In this document: positions 37,254-46,528 of the stretch, in pieces
How the letters are laid out: every line of letters begins with the position of its first letter
How positions within the stretch are numbered: position 1 is the stretch's first letter
IMG/VR virus record: IMGVR_UViG_3300031992_000012
Location: 1 to 64,000 of that record
Reading direction: 5' to 3' (one strand)
Source: a virus
Lineage: Duplodnaviria > Caudoviricetes
Length of the DNA stretch: 64,000 bases
Notes under the pieces: generated by a model
Databases searched by the model: none
Seen by the model: only the letters and a program-made list of their open reading frames with translations
Told to the model about the DNA's origin: nothing
Translations under genes and position numbers: made by a program

Positions 37254-37323
37254 TAATTGAAAGGACGGCCGTAGCACTGAAACAATGAAGTGCCATACAC
37301 CGTCCTTTCTTAGCGCATTGATT

Positions 37324-37871
37324 TCCTATGACCAAGACCATTGGCGATGATACGTATGGCGTTTCCATTTCTGGATAGCCACAGGGACAGTAACCCTGCG
37401 TTCTCGCTGCTGGAGGAGGTGGCCTAGCGGCTCCCGTGTGGATCTGGGGTCCCTTTCAGGGAGTTCCAAGTAGCGGGGTGACAGGAAGGTGTCGTCGTGA
37501 CAGGACGGCAGAATCCGTGCGTGAAGCTTCACATGTACTTTGCCGTCTCGGCACCGTGTCCGGCATGTGGAGGCTATCAGGACGATGGACGAGCCAAGGA
37601 CTCAGGCATTGTGTGCGCTATGCGCCACTATACCCTCGCTTGGGTGCGAGGGGTCGGTATCCATTCCGGCGTGCCTTCCTGGGTTATCTGAAAGGTCCTA
37701 TCGGAACCGGTTGGTCGCGGGCATTGTAGGCTGCGTGTCCGCGCCTGGAAACCACTGGTGGTTAAAAGAGAGTACGTTTGGCGTCCATAGGAGGGCGGCC
37801 GGTTTGTCTGGCCGCTGACGTCACCGCCAGGGGCGGCAAAAACCTACAGCCGGGGAGTCGTGCACCCTGGC
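37324..37871 (+). ncRNA. Candidate large ornate structured ncRNA (~550 nt; ROOL/GOLLD-like context)
   Basis: No credible ORF; five nested long-range helices, many local hairpins and a potential pseudoknot; abuts a tRNA. Confidence 0.65.
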
Positions 37872-37876
37872 ATTTC

Positions 37877-37949
37877 GTCCGGGTAGCATAATGGATAATG
37901 CATCTGATTTCTAATCAGACGATTGCGGGTTCGAGTCCCGCCCCGGACA
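37877..37949 (+). tRNA. tRNA-Arg(UCU); CCA not encoded
   Basis: Acceptor GTCCGGG/CCCGGAC, D-arm GCAT/ATGC, anticodon arm TCTGA-TTTCTAA-TCAGA, T-arm GCGGG-TTCGAGT-CCCGC. Confidence 0.95.
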
Positions 37950-38049
37950 TCTGTTTGTTTTGTAAATGGAAGGCGGGTCTGCGTGAGCGGCCGCCTCGCC
38001 TTCCGGGTTTTTCCTTAGGCCGCAAAGTTTTTGTAAGGAGGCTAGTAAC

Positions 38050-38901
38050 ATGTACCTTAAACTCCACGTTGAGCGTGAAATCTCCAGTGCGGAACTGGAG
38101 GCATTTACAAAGATTCTACCCTTTCTCAAGAAGGGCATTGACACGGGCGAGCTGACGTTGTCCGACAACTCGGAACCGGTCAGGACACTTGAACTCCCAG
38201 AGGCCAAGATTGTCCCGGCGACAGCCGAGATTCGGCTGAAACCTGTCCGCAAGCCACACCGTCCTTGGCGTGTTCGCGTCGACCAGGCCATTCGGGCCTG
38301 CAAAGAATTCCGCGAAGGGAAATTCGCGGAAAACGTCGACATGATGCTTGAGACCTTTGCTTGGCAGGTCTCCGACATGGCCGAGTGGGTGCCATACACC
38401 CGCGAGGAAATAGCCGATGCACTGGTAATCGACAAGAGCGACGTTGACCCTCTGATGAAGACCTTCTACAGGGTTCTGAACCGCTCGTCCGCTCTAGCAA
38501 CCAACTGCTTCATGCTTCCGCCAACGCTGGCCGAGGCCGTCAAGAAGGAGGAGGCCAATACGGCGGAACGGGAGGCCCAGAACAAGGAGCAGACGGGTGA
38601 CGAGCACATCGGGTTTGAGCAGAACACAAAGAGAGCCATCACCGAGTCCCTGATGAAACTCGATTGGGATTCCCCGGACAGGTACGAGATGAAAATCTCT
38701 GACTTCCTGTTGTGGGGCAAGGTGAAGGACGCCAACAACATCAACGTCATCCGGAGTTTCATGCCTATCGCCCGGGGCATGAAATTGAGCATTCAACGTC
38801 TCCGTGCAGAGCGGGACTCCAAGAACAGAATCGTGGGAATCTACGCGTTCCCGCCGCCACGAAACGGAGCGTTCTGGAAGAGCGCGAAGAAAGTGGAATA
38901 A
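38050..38901 (+). CDS. Hypothetical protein
   Basis: AAGGAGG RBS; 283 aa. Confidence 0.7.
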   Translation: MYLKLHVEREISSAELEAFTKILPFLKKGIDTGELTLSDNSEPVRTLELPEAKIVPATAEIRLKPVRKPHRPWRVRVDQAIRACKEFREGKFAENVDMMLETFAWQVSDMAEWVPYTREEIADALVIDKSDVDPLMKTFYRVLNRSSALATNCFMLPPTLAEAVKKEEANTAEREAQNKEQTGDEHIGFEQNTKRAITESLMKLDWDSPDRYEMKISDFLLWGKVKDANNINVIRSFMPIARGMKLSIQRLRAERDSKNRIVGIYAFPPPRNGAFWKSAKKVE

Positions 38902-39082
38902 TTTGCAATTTGATAGTGGCGGGAGGAGAAACAACGCTTATATTAATTAGCGTTGTCTTCGCCCCGCCTCCATTTTTTGGGGGAGGAAAACTACTAACAA
39001 ACACAACGGCAAAGCATGTCCGTCCGCATCTCACGGGAGGTGCGGGAAGTGGCCCAAGACGGCCTCGCGTGCTCTTTTTTAG

Positions 39083-42000
39083 ATGGAAGAAATCAGATTC
39101 TTTAGGAAGCGGTCCGGCCGTCTCGTGAACTTCAAACTGCAGAAGATTGCGGACGCGGTCGGGAAAGCCCTCGTCGAGGCGTGCGCAGCGTCGGGGAAGT
39201 CATTGGATGTCAAGGCCGTTTCCACGGCAATCGCCGAAAAGGTAAGGGCGTTGCTGGATGACAAGGACTCGCAGTTTTTCGTTCAGCCGGACAGGATGGG
39301 TTCGCGGGTCCCCCATCTGGAAGGCGTGCAGGACGCGGTTGTCAGCGTCCTCAAATCATCGCATGAAGATATAGAGGGGTATGACGCGAACATGGCCGAG
39401 CTCACGGGCCGTCTGTACGCCGACTACCGGAAGAAGAGGGACGAGGCCAGGAAGCAGCTCAAAGTCCGCAGCAGCAAGGACAACGCCGATGTGACTGACA
39501 AGGCCCTTCTCCTTGGGGACAGCAAGAACGTCCTCAACGGGTGGGACCGCGAGCGCATAGTCTCCGATCTCAAGGAGCACAACGTCGACGACGAAATAGC
39601 CGAGAAGGTCGCAAAGGAGACAGAAAGCGCTCTCCTGAAGACCGGCCTGTCTAGTGTGTCGTCCGACCTTGTCTCCGAATTGGTGAACAGTGTCATGGCC
39701 GACAACGGTCTTCCCATAAGACTCGCCGCCGGGAAGGGATACATAGTCGACAAGGATTTCGTCGAAGGGCTTATCAAGGAGAAGTCCGTAGAGAACAGCA
39801 ACATCGTCGGCAACAACCCTGAAGCGGTGGCCTTTGACATTGCCAGCAACGTTTTCAAGCAATACGCCCTTGACAACGTTTTCTCGAAGGACATCGGGGA
39901 AGCTCATATGAGGGGAGCAATACACCTTCATGATTTAAACTTTGTCATACGTGGCTACTGTGGTTCCCACAGCATCGAATACATCAAGAAGTGGGGGCTG
40001 AAGGGTCTGGTAAACCTGAACACGGAAAGCAAGCCTGCCAAGACCGCATCGGTCCTGACCGGCCATCTGAACACGTTCCTGGCTTCCATGCAGGCTTACT
40101 ACGCCGGAGCGCTGGGCCTGGGGTATCTTAACGTCCTCTATGCTCCGTTGATGACGGGAATGGACGACAAACAAATGCACCAGGTGGCTCAGGAACTTGT
40201 GTTCAACGGTTCTCAGAATGCGTTCAGCCGTGGTGGTCAATCACTGCATCCTTCCGAACCTATATGGATTAAAAAGGATGGTAGATATAAGAGTGTCCTT
40301 ATTGGTGAGTTTATCGACGAATATCTTGCCAGAAGGGCAGAGGCTGTTGAGAAGCGAGACGAATACGAGCTGCTCCAAACAGGAGACGAGGGTATCGAAA
40401 CAATAAGCTTCGACGGCCTAAGCGGAAAGGTACTGGACAAGACGGTTACTTTCCTTGCACGCATGCCTCATAAAGGCAAGATGTACCGTATTCACACGTC
40501 TAACGGAATTGTCAATGTTACAGGTGACCACTCGGTGTTCACTTTCCGGGGAAAGCAGGACATAGCTGATGTAAAAGCCAAGGACCTTAAGAGGGGCGAT
40601 TTTGTAGTCATACCCCACAGAGTTCCCCTCAAGGAGGAGAAGACAACAGTAAATGTTGTCGATTACGTTCCTGAGAAATGGCTATCGGTTAGTGGCTTTG
40701 AAAATTTCCTGTCCAAGGTGTCAGCTAAGGGCACCCCGGCAAAGGTCCTCGAGGAAGTCGGAGCTACCCGCTTTATCTTGAAAGATGGAAAGAAGACAAA
40801 CAAAGTAAGGATTTCCTTGGCTAAACATTTTGTTGATGTCAGGAATAGCGTTTTGTGTCTGAAGGGTGATAGCCAGTCGTTGTTGCCCGCAGAGATTCCT
40901 CTGACACGGGAGCTGGGCTATATAGCCGGTATGTTCTGCGCGGAGGGGTATAAAACTCTTAAGAAGGTTCTTATCAGCAATACTGATATAAAGCTTCTGG
41001 AGAAGGTACGGTCATGTCTGGATAAAATAGGGTACTCAGGATATTCCTATTACAACGGCATGATGCACGGAATGACGACGGACCATATAGAAATAGGCGG
41101 TGTTTTCGGGGCTTTCCTGCAATCTTCGTGTACATCCGGAAAGAAGACAAAAGTAGTTCCGGATTGGTTGTTCAACGCACCAATGGTTTGTCGTGAGGGG
41201 TTCCTTGATGGTTTCTTCGACGGTGAAGGCTCCAATAGGAAAGACTGCCCGGACGAATGGAGCGTCTCCAACACAAGCACACGGGTAGTGGCCGGTATAA
41301 GCTTGCTTTTACTGAACTACGGTAGAGAAACATATGTTTACGAAACCAAGCATGACAATGGCTGGTCTGACGTATATGAAGTCCGGGAAGCGCAGCGCAG
41401 AAAGGTCAATCCGTTTGACGAGTACACAACGGAAGAAGGGTTCCGCACATACAGCAAGCATCTGTCAAAGGATGTCAGGGATGCCGTGGAATGGCTCATA
41501 GAGTCAGACTTGTCGGTGTCTATCATCAAACGCATTGAGGAATACGATTATGATGGTCCTGTCTATGACATAAGCGTCCCAGGCACAGAGGCTTTCCTTG
41601 GTGGAACAGGGAATGTGTTTTTGCACAATACGCTTTTCATTGACTTCAATGTCCACAGCGGCGTCCCGTCGTATCTGAAGGATGTCCCCGCTATTGGACC
41701 TGGCGGAAAGTACATGGTTCAGGTCTTCCACTGCGGCGAACCCTTCATCAAGGAGCTCACCGAAGTCAAGGACGAGAAGACAGGCGACTGGGACCTCTAC
41801 CTTGACTGGGGCAACGAACATCCTGTCCGCATGCTTCATGAACACGACGGAAAGCAGGTGTTCGAGAACGAAAACACCGAGCGCCATGTCATGCGCTACG
41901 GCGACTACGCCGAGGATACCGCCCGTTTCGCCGAGGCGTTGCTCGACGTCTGGAAGGAAGGCGACGCCAATGGCCATGTTTTCGAGTTCCCCAAGTGCGA

Positions 42001-44113
42001 CTTCCATGTCTCCTCCGAGACATTCACGGACGCCCGCCAGTACCAGGTGTTCAGGAAGGCCTGCGAAGTGGCGAGTCACAATGGTTCGACCTACTTCGTG
42101 TTCGACCGCGATTCCGTGTCTTTGGCGAGTTGCTGCTTCACAGGAGACACCAGGATTCTTATTGGCGAGGACCGCGACCCGTCGCTTACATGTTTCCGCG
42201 ACGCCTATGACAAGTACGGAATCCACAACAGGACAATCCGTGTATACGACAGGGGCTCGTGGAGGAAGGCGAAGGTAATCCGCCTTTCCGGCAAGAACCG
42301 CCGAATGCTGTCGGTGAATCTGGCCTGCGGTAAGCACGTCTGCGTCACCGCCGACCATGAGTTCCCGACAACGCGCGGAGTGCTCAAGGCCTACGAGCTT
42401 ACCCCCGACGACGCAGTCCTGCTGTCCAGCAGCATGGCCGAAGGGCATCGCCGGTGCGAGGGAAAGGACAAGGCGCAGGTCTACGGAATCATAGCAGGCG
42501 CCTACCTGCTGTCCGGGCATTGCACCTCCACAGGCAAGACGATAGTCGTTGGAAACAGCCTTCCCGGCCTTGAAAACACGTTCTCGGAGACAATGAACAG
42601 CGCGCTTGAATCGGCAGGTTTCGACAAAGGCGTGTGCATGGTCGAGGAGGACGGCAACCGTCAAATGTGGGTCGTCACTAATCCTGAAATCCTCAACGGC
42701 GTTGAAAAATTGCTCAAGCGGACGGAGAACGGCGTATTCCTGTCCGATGCCATATATCGTGAGAGCCCGGCTGCCAGGGCCGCTGTCCTTATAGGACTCC
42801 TCGCGGCCTCCGCCGTCGAGTGCGAAGTGACTCCCGGCAGGATGGAGCTTCTTCTGGAGCAGATTGAGGCTATGGCCACGACCATCGGCGTAATCTGCAA
42901 AAAGCGAGTCGACGGGGATGACGTGTGCTTCTCCTTCGCCCCCGCAAGCATTGGGATGGAGGGCGAGACCATCGTCAAGGACGGTGAGAGCTATCTCAAG
43001 GTCCTGTCGGTAAAGGAAGTGCTGGAGCCCGAATGGGTCTACTGCTTCACTATGCTCGACACCAAGGACCCGTTCTTCACGCTGCCAAACGGTATCGTCA
43101 CGCACAACTGTCGATTGAAAGTGCAGATAACTGATATGTCGCTGTTGCAACATCCTGAAAGACTGAGAACACTAGGCTTTCAGAATGTCACAATAAACAT
43201 CCCTCAGTGCGCATACCGCGCCAAGCACAGGTACGACAGGGAAGGGGAAGGAAACATTGACAAGCTCAATGAATTCTTCCTTGCCGAAATCGACAGTATG
43301 ATGGACATATGCAAGGCCGCCCATCTCCAGAAGAAGGCGTTCGTCGAGACGCTGATGCGTCCCGGAGCGCCCATGTGGCAGATGGCCAAACCGTCCAACG
43401 ACGGCAATCCGTATCTCGACCTGAACACGGCCGTGTACATAATCGGCATGATTGGCCTCAACGACGCCGTCCACTATCTGACCGGAGAGGAGATGCACGA
43501 GTCCGACGCCGCCATGGACTACGCCCTCAACGTGATGACTCACATGTACCTGCGCTCCAAGGAATACACCAAGGAGACAGGCCTGACGTTCAAGCTCGAG
43601 GAAAGCCCGGCTGAATCGGCGGCTCGCCGTCTGGCGAAGGCCGACCTCGCCCTTTACAGGGAGGACGCGCTCAAGGTGTTCAAAGGCACCGAGGACGCCG
43701 CCTACTATACGAATTCCATACATCTGTCGGCCGACGCGCCGGTGGACATAGTGGAGCGTATCAGGAAGCAGTCGATGTTCCATAGCATCATCGAGAGCGG
43801 GGCGATTATTCATGTCTTCCTGGGCGAGTCCCGCCCCACGTCCGGAGCCATAGAGGAGCTTATACGCAATGTGTTCCTGCGTACCCAGTGCGCCCAGCTT
43901 GTCTTCAGCCCGGAGTTCACCTACTGCAACGAGTGCGGAAGGGAACAGGCCGGATTGAAGGACACATGCGATCAATGTGGTTCTTCTAACGTAATAGGTA
44001 TAACACGCGTTGTAGGTTACTACTCTGTCGTGCAGAATTGGAACAAGAGCAAGCGTTATGGCGAGCTCAAGGCACGCCAGCGCGGCAACTACAACGTGGA
44101 GGAGGCGAAATGA
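39083..44113 (+). CDS. nrdD: Anaerobic (class III) ribonucleotide reductase with N-terminal ATP-cone(s) and two inteins
   Basis: KRSGRLVNF..KIADAV (ATP cone), IHLHDL..YC, SRGGQ|T, SC|CRL, EESPAES, YYTNS, CNEC..CDQC and RVVGYY glycyl-radical motif. Confidence 0.95.
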   Translation: MEEIRFFRKRSGRLVNFKLQKIADAVGKALVEACAASGKSLDVKAVSTAIAEKVRALLDDKDSQFFVQPDRMGSRVPHLEGVQDAVVSVLKSSHEDIEGYDANMAELTGRLYADYRKKRDEARKQLKVRSSKDNADVTDKALLLGDSKNVLNGWDRERIVSDLKEHNVDDEIAEKVAKETESALLKTGLSSVSSDLVSELVNSVMADNGLPIRLAAGKGYIVDKDFVEGLIKEKSVENSNIVGNNPEAVAFDIASNVFKQYALDNVFSKDIGEAHMRGAIHLHDLNFVIRGYCGSHSIEYIKKWGLKGLVNLNTESKPAKTASVLTGHLNTFLASMQAYYAGALGLGYLNVLYAPLMTGMDDKQMHQVAQELVFNGSQNAFSRGGQSLHPSEPIWIKKDGRYKSVLIGEFIDEYLARRAEAVEKRDEYELLQTGDEGIETISFDGLSGKVLDKTVTFLARMPHKGKMYRIHTSNGIVNVTGDHSVFTFRGKQDIADVKAKDLKRGDFVVIPHRVPLKEEKTTVNVVDYVPEKWLSVSGFENFLSKVSAKGTPAKVLEEVGATRFILKDGKKTNKVRISLAKHFVDVRNSVLCLKGDSQSLLPAEIPLTRELGYIAGMFCAEGYKTLKKVLISNTDIKLLEKVRSCLDKIGYSGYSYYNGMMHGMTTDHIEIGGVFGAFLQSSCTSGKKTKVVPDWLFNAPMVCREGFLDGFFDGEGSNRKDCPDEWSVSNTSTRVVAGISLLLLNYGRETYVYETKHDNGWSDVYEVREAQRRKVNPFDEYTTEEGFRTYSKHLSKDVRDAVEWLIESDLSVSIIKRIEEYDYDGPVYDISVPGTEAFLGGTGNVFLHNTLFIDFNVHSGVPSYLKDVPAIGPGGKYMVQVFHCGEPFIKELTEVKDEKTGDWDLYLDWGNEHPVRMLHEHDGKQVFENENTERHVMRYGDYAEDTARFAEALLDVWKEGDANGHVFEFPKCDFHVSSETFTDARQYQVFRKACEVASHNGSTYFVFDRDSVSLASCCFTGDTRILIGEDRDPSLTCFRDAYDKYGIHNRTIRVYDRGSWRKAKVIRLSGKNRRMLSVNLACGKHVCVTADHEFPTTRGVLKAYELTPDDAVLLSSSMAEGHRRCEGKDKAQVYGIIAGAYLLSGHCTSTGKTIVVGNSLPGLENTFSETMNSALESAGFDKGVCMVEEDGNRQMWVVTNPEILNGVEKLLKRTENGVFLSDAIYRESPAARAAVLIGLLAASAVECEVTPGRMELLLEQIEAMATTIGVICKKRVDGDDVCFSFAPASIGMEGETIVKDGESYLKVLSVKEVLEPEWVYCFTMLDTKDPFFTLPNGIVTHNCRLKVQITDMSLLQHPERLRTLGFQNVTINIPQCAYRAKHRYDREGEGNIDKLNEFFLAEIDSMMDICKAAHLQKKAFVETLMRPGAPMWQMAKPSNDGNPYLDLNTAVYIIGMIGLNDAVHYLTGEEMHESDAAMDYALNVMTHMYLRSKEYTKETGLTFKLEESPAESAARRLAKADLALYREDALKVFKGTEDAAYYTNSIHLSADAPVDIVERIRKQSMFHSIIESGAIIHVFLGESRPTSGAIEELIRNVFLRTQCAQLVFSPEFTYCNECGREQAGLKDTCDQCGSSNVIGITRVVGYYSVVQNWNKSKRYGELKARQRGNYNVEEAK
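40241..41629 (+). mobile_element. Intein in NrdD (463 aa, LAGLIDADG)
   Basis: RGGQ|SLHPSE...VTGDH...YIAGMFCAEG...FLDGFFDGEG...VYDISV...FLHN|TLF. Confidence 0.92.
42134..43108 (+). mobile_element. Intein in NrdD between the paired active-site cysteines (325 aa, degenerate endonuclease)
   Basis: ASC|CFTGDT...VTADH...VYCF...VTHN|CRL; the LAGLIDADG-like helices lack their acidic residues. Confidence 0.9.
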
Positions 44114-44469
44114 TAAAGGCTGTCGTTTTCGGCAAGGGGCACGGCTGCTCCAAGTGCGACGCCCTAAAGCGCCGTCTCCATGTGTTTCTTTCACAGGACA
44201 AGTACAAGGACATACAGCTTGTCTTTAACGACGTCCTGACAGAGGCCGGCCTTAGGGAGTTCCTGAAGGCCGAGGTCCTGAACCCAAACCGGATACCAGC
44301 CCTTCTGATGGCCGACGACAACGGCTATATGACGGACACCCGGTGCATAGACGACTACGCGATGTCTGCCACGCCGGGAATTCTCGGTGTACAGACCGAC
44401 TACAACAAGGGGGGCGGAATCCTGCCTCCTCCCGTGATTCAAGAATTGCTCGACACTGCGTTGGGCTAG
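44110..44469 (+). CDS. Thioredoxin/glutaredoxin-like CxxC protein (NrdH-like partner of NrdD)
   Basis: VVFGKGHGCSKC..., RIPAL cis-Pro motif; ATGA-coupled to nrdD. Confidence 0.75.
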   Translation: MIKAVVFGKGHGCSKCDALKRRLHVFLSQDKYKDIQLVFNDVLTEAGLREFLKAEVLNPNRIPALLMADDNGYMTDTRCIDDYAMSATPGILGVQTDYNKGGGILPPPVIQELLDTALG

Positions 44470-44590
44470 TCTGGCCAAGGCCCGGGGGAGACCCCGGGCC
44501 GTAAAGCAAAAGGAGGAATAAAATGTTTGGTTTTGTTCTAGTATTGGCGATTTTCTGCTCGGCCATGGGGTCGGTATATCGGAAGCCGAA

Positions 44591-44818
44591 ATGACACAAG
44601 AGGAATACAACAGTTTGCAGCCTAATGCACGCGTCAGGCTCGACGTGGACCTGGTGATGCTTCCCGGAAAAGTCGTACCGTCCAGGCACTACGGAACCCC
44701 CGGATTCTGCTGGTGGGTAGTGGTTGTCAAGGAAGGGCGCGGGGAGTACCATTACATGCCCGCAGGCGTCGAGACATTTCTGCGCGATGTTGAACTGTTC
44801 AGGGAACCGGAGGACTAA
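44591..44818 (+). CDS. Hypothetical protein
   Basis: Short ORF, TAATG-coupled to the next one. Confidence 0.5.
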   Translation: MTQEEYNSLQPNARVRLDVDLVMLPGKVVPSRHYGTPGFCWWVVVVKEGRGEYHYMPAGVETFLRDVELFREPED

Positions 44819-45063
44819 TGAAGACTTTCAGAGCGTTGTGCATGTCGATGACCGCTTTGTGGTTCATCGTAGGTTTCGGGGAGCTGATGGAGCATCTGCG
44901 TTCGGTCACGGACGCCGAGGCCGGGTCCGACGCCATGCGCGCGCTGGACATGCTGGACAGCATAGGCCTGGCCTTCCTGTCGGTCCTGTTCGTGGCCTCC
45001 CTGGCGTATCTTTTCAGTTGTGTTGAGAACTCTGTAAAAAAAGGGAAAAATGGAAGAGCTTGA
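44818..45063 (+). CDS. Small two-TM protein
   Basis: Two hydrophobic segments; GGAGG RBS. Confidence 0.55.
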   Translation: MKTFRALCMSMTALWFIVGFGELMEHLRSVTDAEAGSDAMRALDMLDSIGLAFLSVLFVASLAYLFSCVENSVKKGKNGRA

Positions 45064-45427
45064 TATTCTACGTAACGCAATCTCCGCGCTGGACGACATA
45101 GCCCGTACGCCGGAGATACCGTTTTCCGCGTATTTCACCCATCTGAAGCGGGACCTTGCCTCCCACTTCTGGAGCGAGTACATGACGCGGAGATGTGTGA
45201 AGAAGGTGATGGCCCCTGCCGAGCTCACATCGCTGGTATCCACGGAGGACCCGCGCTATGCCGAACTGTCGGCTATTGTCGACCAGATTCTGGCAGGGTA
45301 CACCCCGGCGGCATACGCCACGGGTTCGCGTCCCCTTATCGGCGGCATACAGGTCTGGGAGCCCGATTCCCTGACGGAGGAAAACCTTAAGGTCATGGAC
45401 TCCTATCTGGAGGATTTGCTGAAATGA
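45050..45427 (+). CDS. Hypothetical protein
   Basis: Coupled ORF. Confidence 0.6.
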   Translation: MEELDILRNAISALDDIARTPEIPFSAYFTHLKRDLASHFWSEYMTRRCVKKVMAPAELTSLVSTEDPRYAELSAIVDQILAGYTPAAYATGSRPLIGGIQVWEPDSLTEENLKVMDSYLEDLLK

Positions 45428-45547
45428 AGAGGCTTCTGAGAAAACTCCGCGAATGGCTGGCGAAGATTCTCGCGCCCTGGGGCGAGGGGGTCAGCACCGG
45501 CAAGGGGATCAAGACCTTCATGGTTGAAGTCGACTGCGGAGGAAACG

Positions 45548-45919
45548 ATGGAAAGGAAAACGCCGGAGAAGCTGGGGTTCGCCCAGGGGACTGACGGACG
45601 CTGGACCAGGAGACGCGGCACGATGACCACCGAGCTGTCGTTCACGCCAGACGGAGTAAAGGTCAAGGTGACCGTCCCTTTGAGGGCCCTCGTGGGTTCC
45701 GTGTGCGAAGTCAAGGTGCTCGCGCCGGATATTGAGGAAGGGATCGCTGCAGTGCAGGTCGAGCTTGGTTTGCTGGCCTCCAGGCTCGAGGACGAGTTAA
45801 GGACGGCCAGGGGAGTATTGCGGAATGACATAAACATGGAGGCAATAGATGTGGTTGACCGTAAAGCAAGTGCTGGCGAAGGTGACACTGTCGGCATCGG
45901 CGGCCCGACGTCGACTTGA
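45548..45919 (+). CDS. Hypothetical protein
   Basis: GGAGG before ATG45548. Confidence 0.55.
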   Translation: MERKTPEKLGFAQGTDGRWTRRRGTMTTELSFTPDGVKVKVTVPLRALVGSVCEVKVLAPDIEEGIAAVQVELGLLASRLEDELRTARGVLRNDINMEAIDVVDRKASAGEGDTVGIGGPTST

Positions 45920-46427
45920 GAAGTTCGCCACCAATGAAAGAAGGACGACCGGGATGTACGCCGAGAAGGAATACGACATCCCCGACGTATGCCTGGACGA
46001 TTTGTTCAACCCCCAGCTAGTGATTAAGCCGGAGGGTACGATGACCGTGTTGCAGTTGGCTGACAAGTTCAGTCTTTCGCTCCCGACGATACGCCGTCGT
46101 CTGGAGGGCGCCGGAATAAAGCCCGTCGCCAGGATACGCAATGGCAGGCAGAGCGTGTATGTCCTTACGGAGGAGGTGAGGTTGGCCATAGGCAACCCGC
46201 CGCCGGAAAAGCCTAGAAAGAAGTACGAGTCGCCTCCGGTCATGGACGAGGAGGAGACGGAGCTGGTGCGCGAGGAGCGCATCAAGAAGACATGGGTCGG
46301 ACGGCAGGGCTATTTCCTTGTCGAAGGACGCAGGCTTGTCACGGGCACGATAACCCATGTGTCCATGATGGGATGCTACATAGGCAAGCAGCTTGGCACT
46401 ATGGAGTCCCTGCATTTGATTAAATGA
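45849..46427 (+). CDS. Putative DNA-binding protein with two HTH-like repeats
   Basis: LTVKQVLAKVTLSASAARRRLE and MTVLQLADKFSLSLPTIRRRLE; GGAGG RBS. Confidence 0.6.
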   Translation: MWLTVKQVLAKVTLSASAARRRLEKFATNERRTTGMYAEKEYDIPDVCLDDLFNPQLVIKPEGTMTVLQLADKFSLSLPTIRRRLEGAGIKPVARIRNGRQSVYVLTEEVRLAIGNPPPEKPRKKYESPPVMDEEETELVREERIKKTWVGRQGYFLVEGRRLVTGTITHVSMMGCYIGKQLGTMESLHLIK

Positions 46428-46451
46428 CCGCTTCTAAAAGAAGGGTCAAAA

Positions 46452-46462
46452 TGCGTAATAAT
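46452..46462 (+). promoter_or_regulatory. YGYGTAATAAT motif copy 5
   Basis: TGCGTAATAAT followed by hairpin TGTGGAGG/CCTCCACA. Confidence 0.6.
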
Positions 46463-46528
46463 TAGGTGTGGAGGAACAATAGCCTCCACAATCGATCGAT
46501 TCTTAACTGTTAAAAAAGGAGGCCCCTG

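Noticed and set aside
37436-37818. Short ORFs within the ncRNA candidate
   Set aside because: No RBS, atypical codon usage, mutually overlapping; better explained by RNA structure.
37324-37871. tmRNA, RNase P RNA or group I/II intron as the identity of the structured region
   Set aside because: No tRNA-like ends or tag ORF, no GAGGAAAGUCC core, no recognisable P7 or domain V, and no interrupted gene around it. A covariance-model search is still needed.
38980-39082. Riboswitch in the nrdD leader
   Set aside because: Only a simple hairpin (CCGCATCTC/GAGGTGCGG) is visible, with no recognisable aptamer consensus.
41504-43153. Long minus-strand ORFs (549 aa here; also 5235-6338, 8556-9659, 60389-61270 and others)
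   Set aside because: They are antisense shadows of GC-rich + strand genes that carry clear protein motifs. They have no RBS or motifs of their own.
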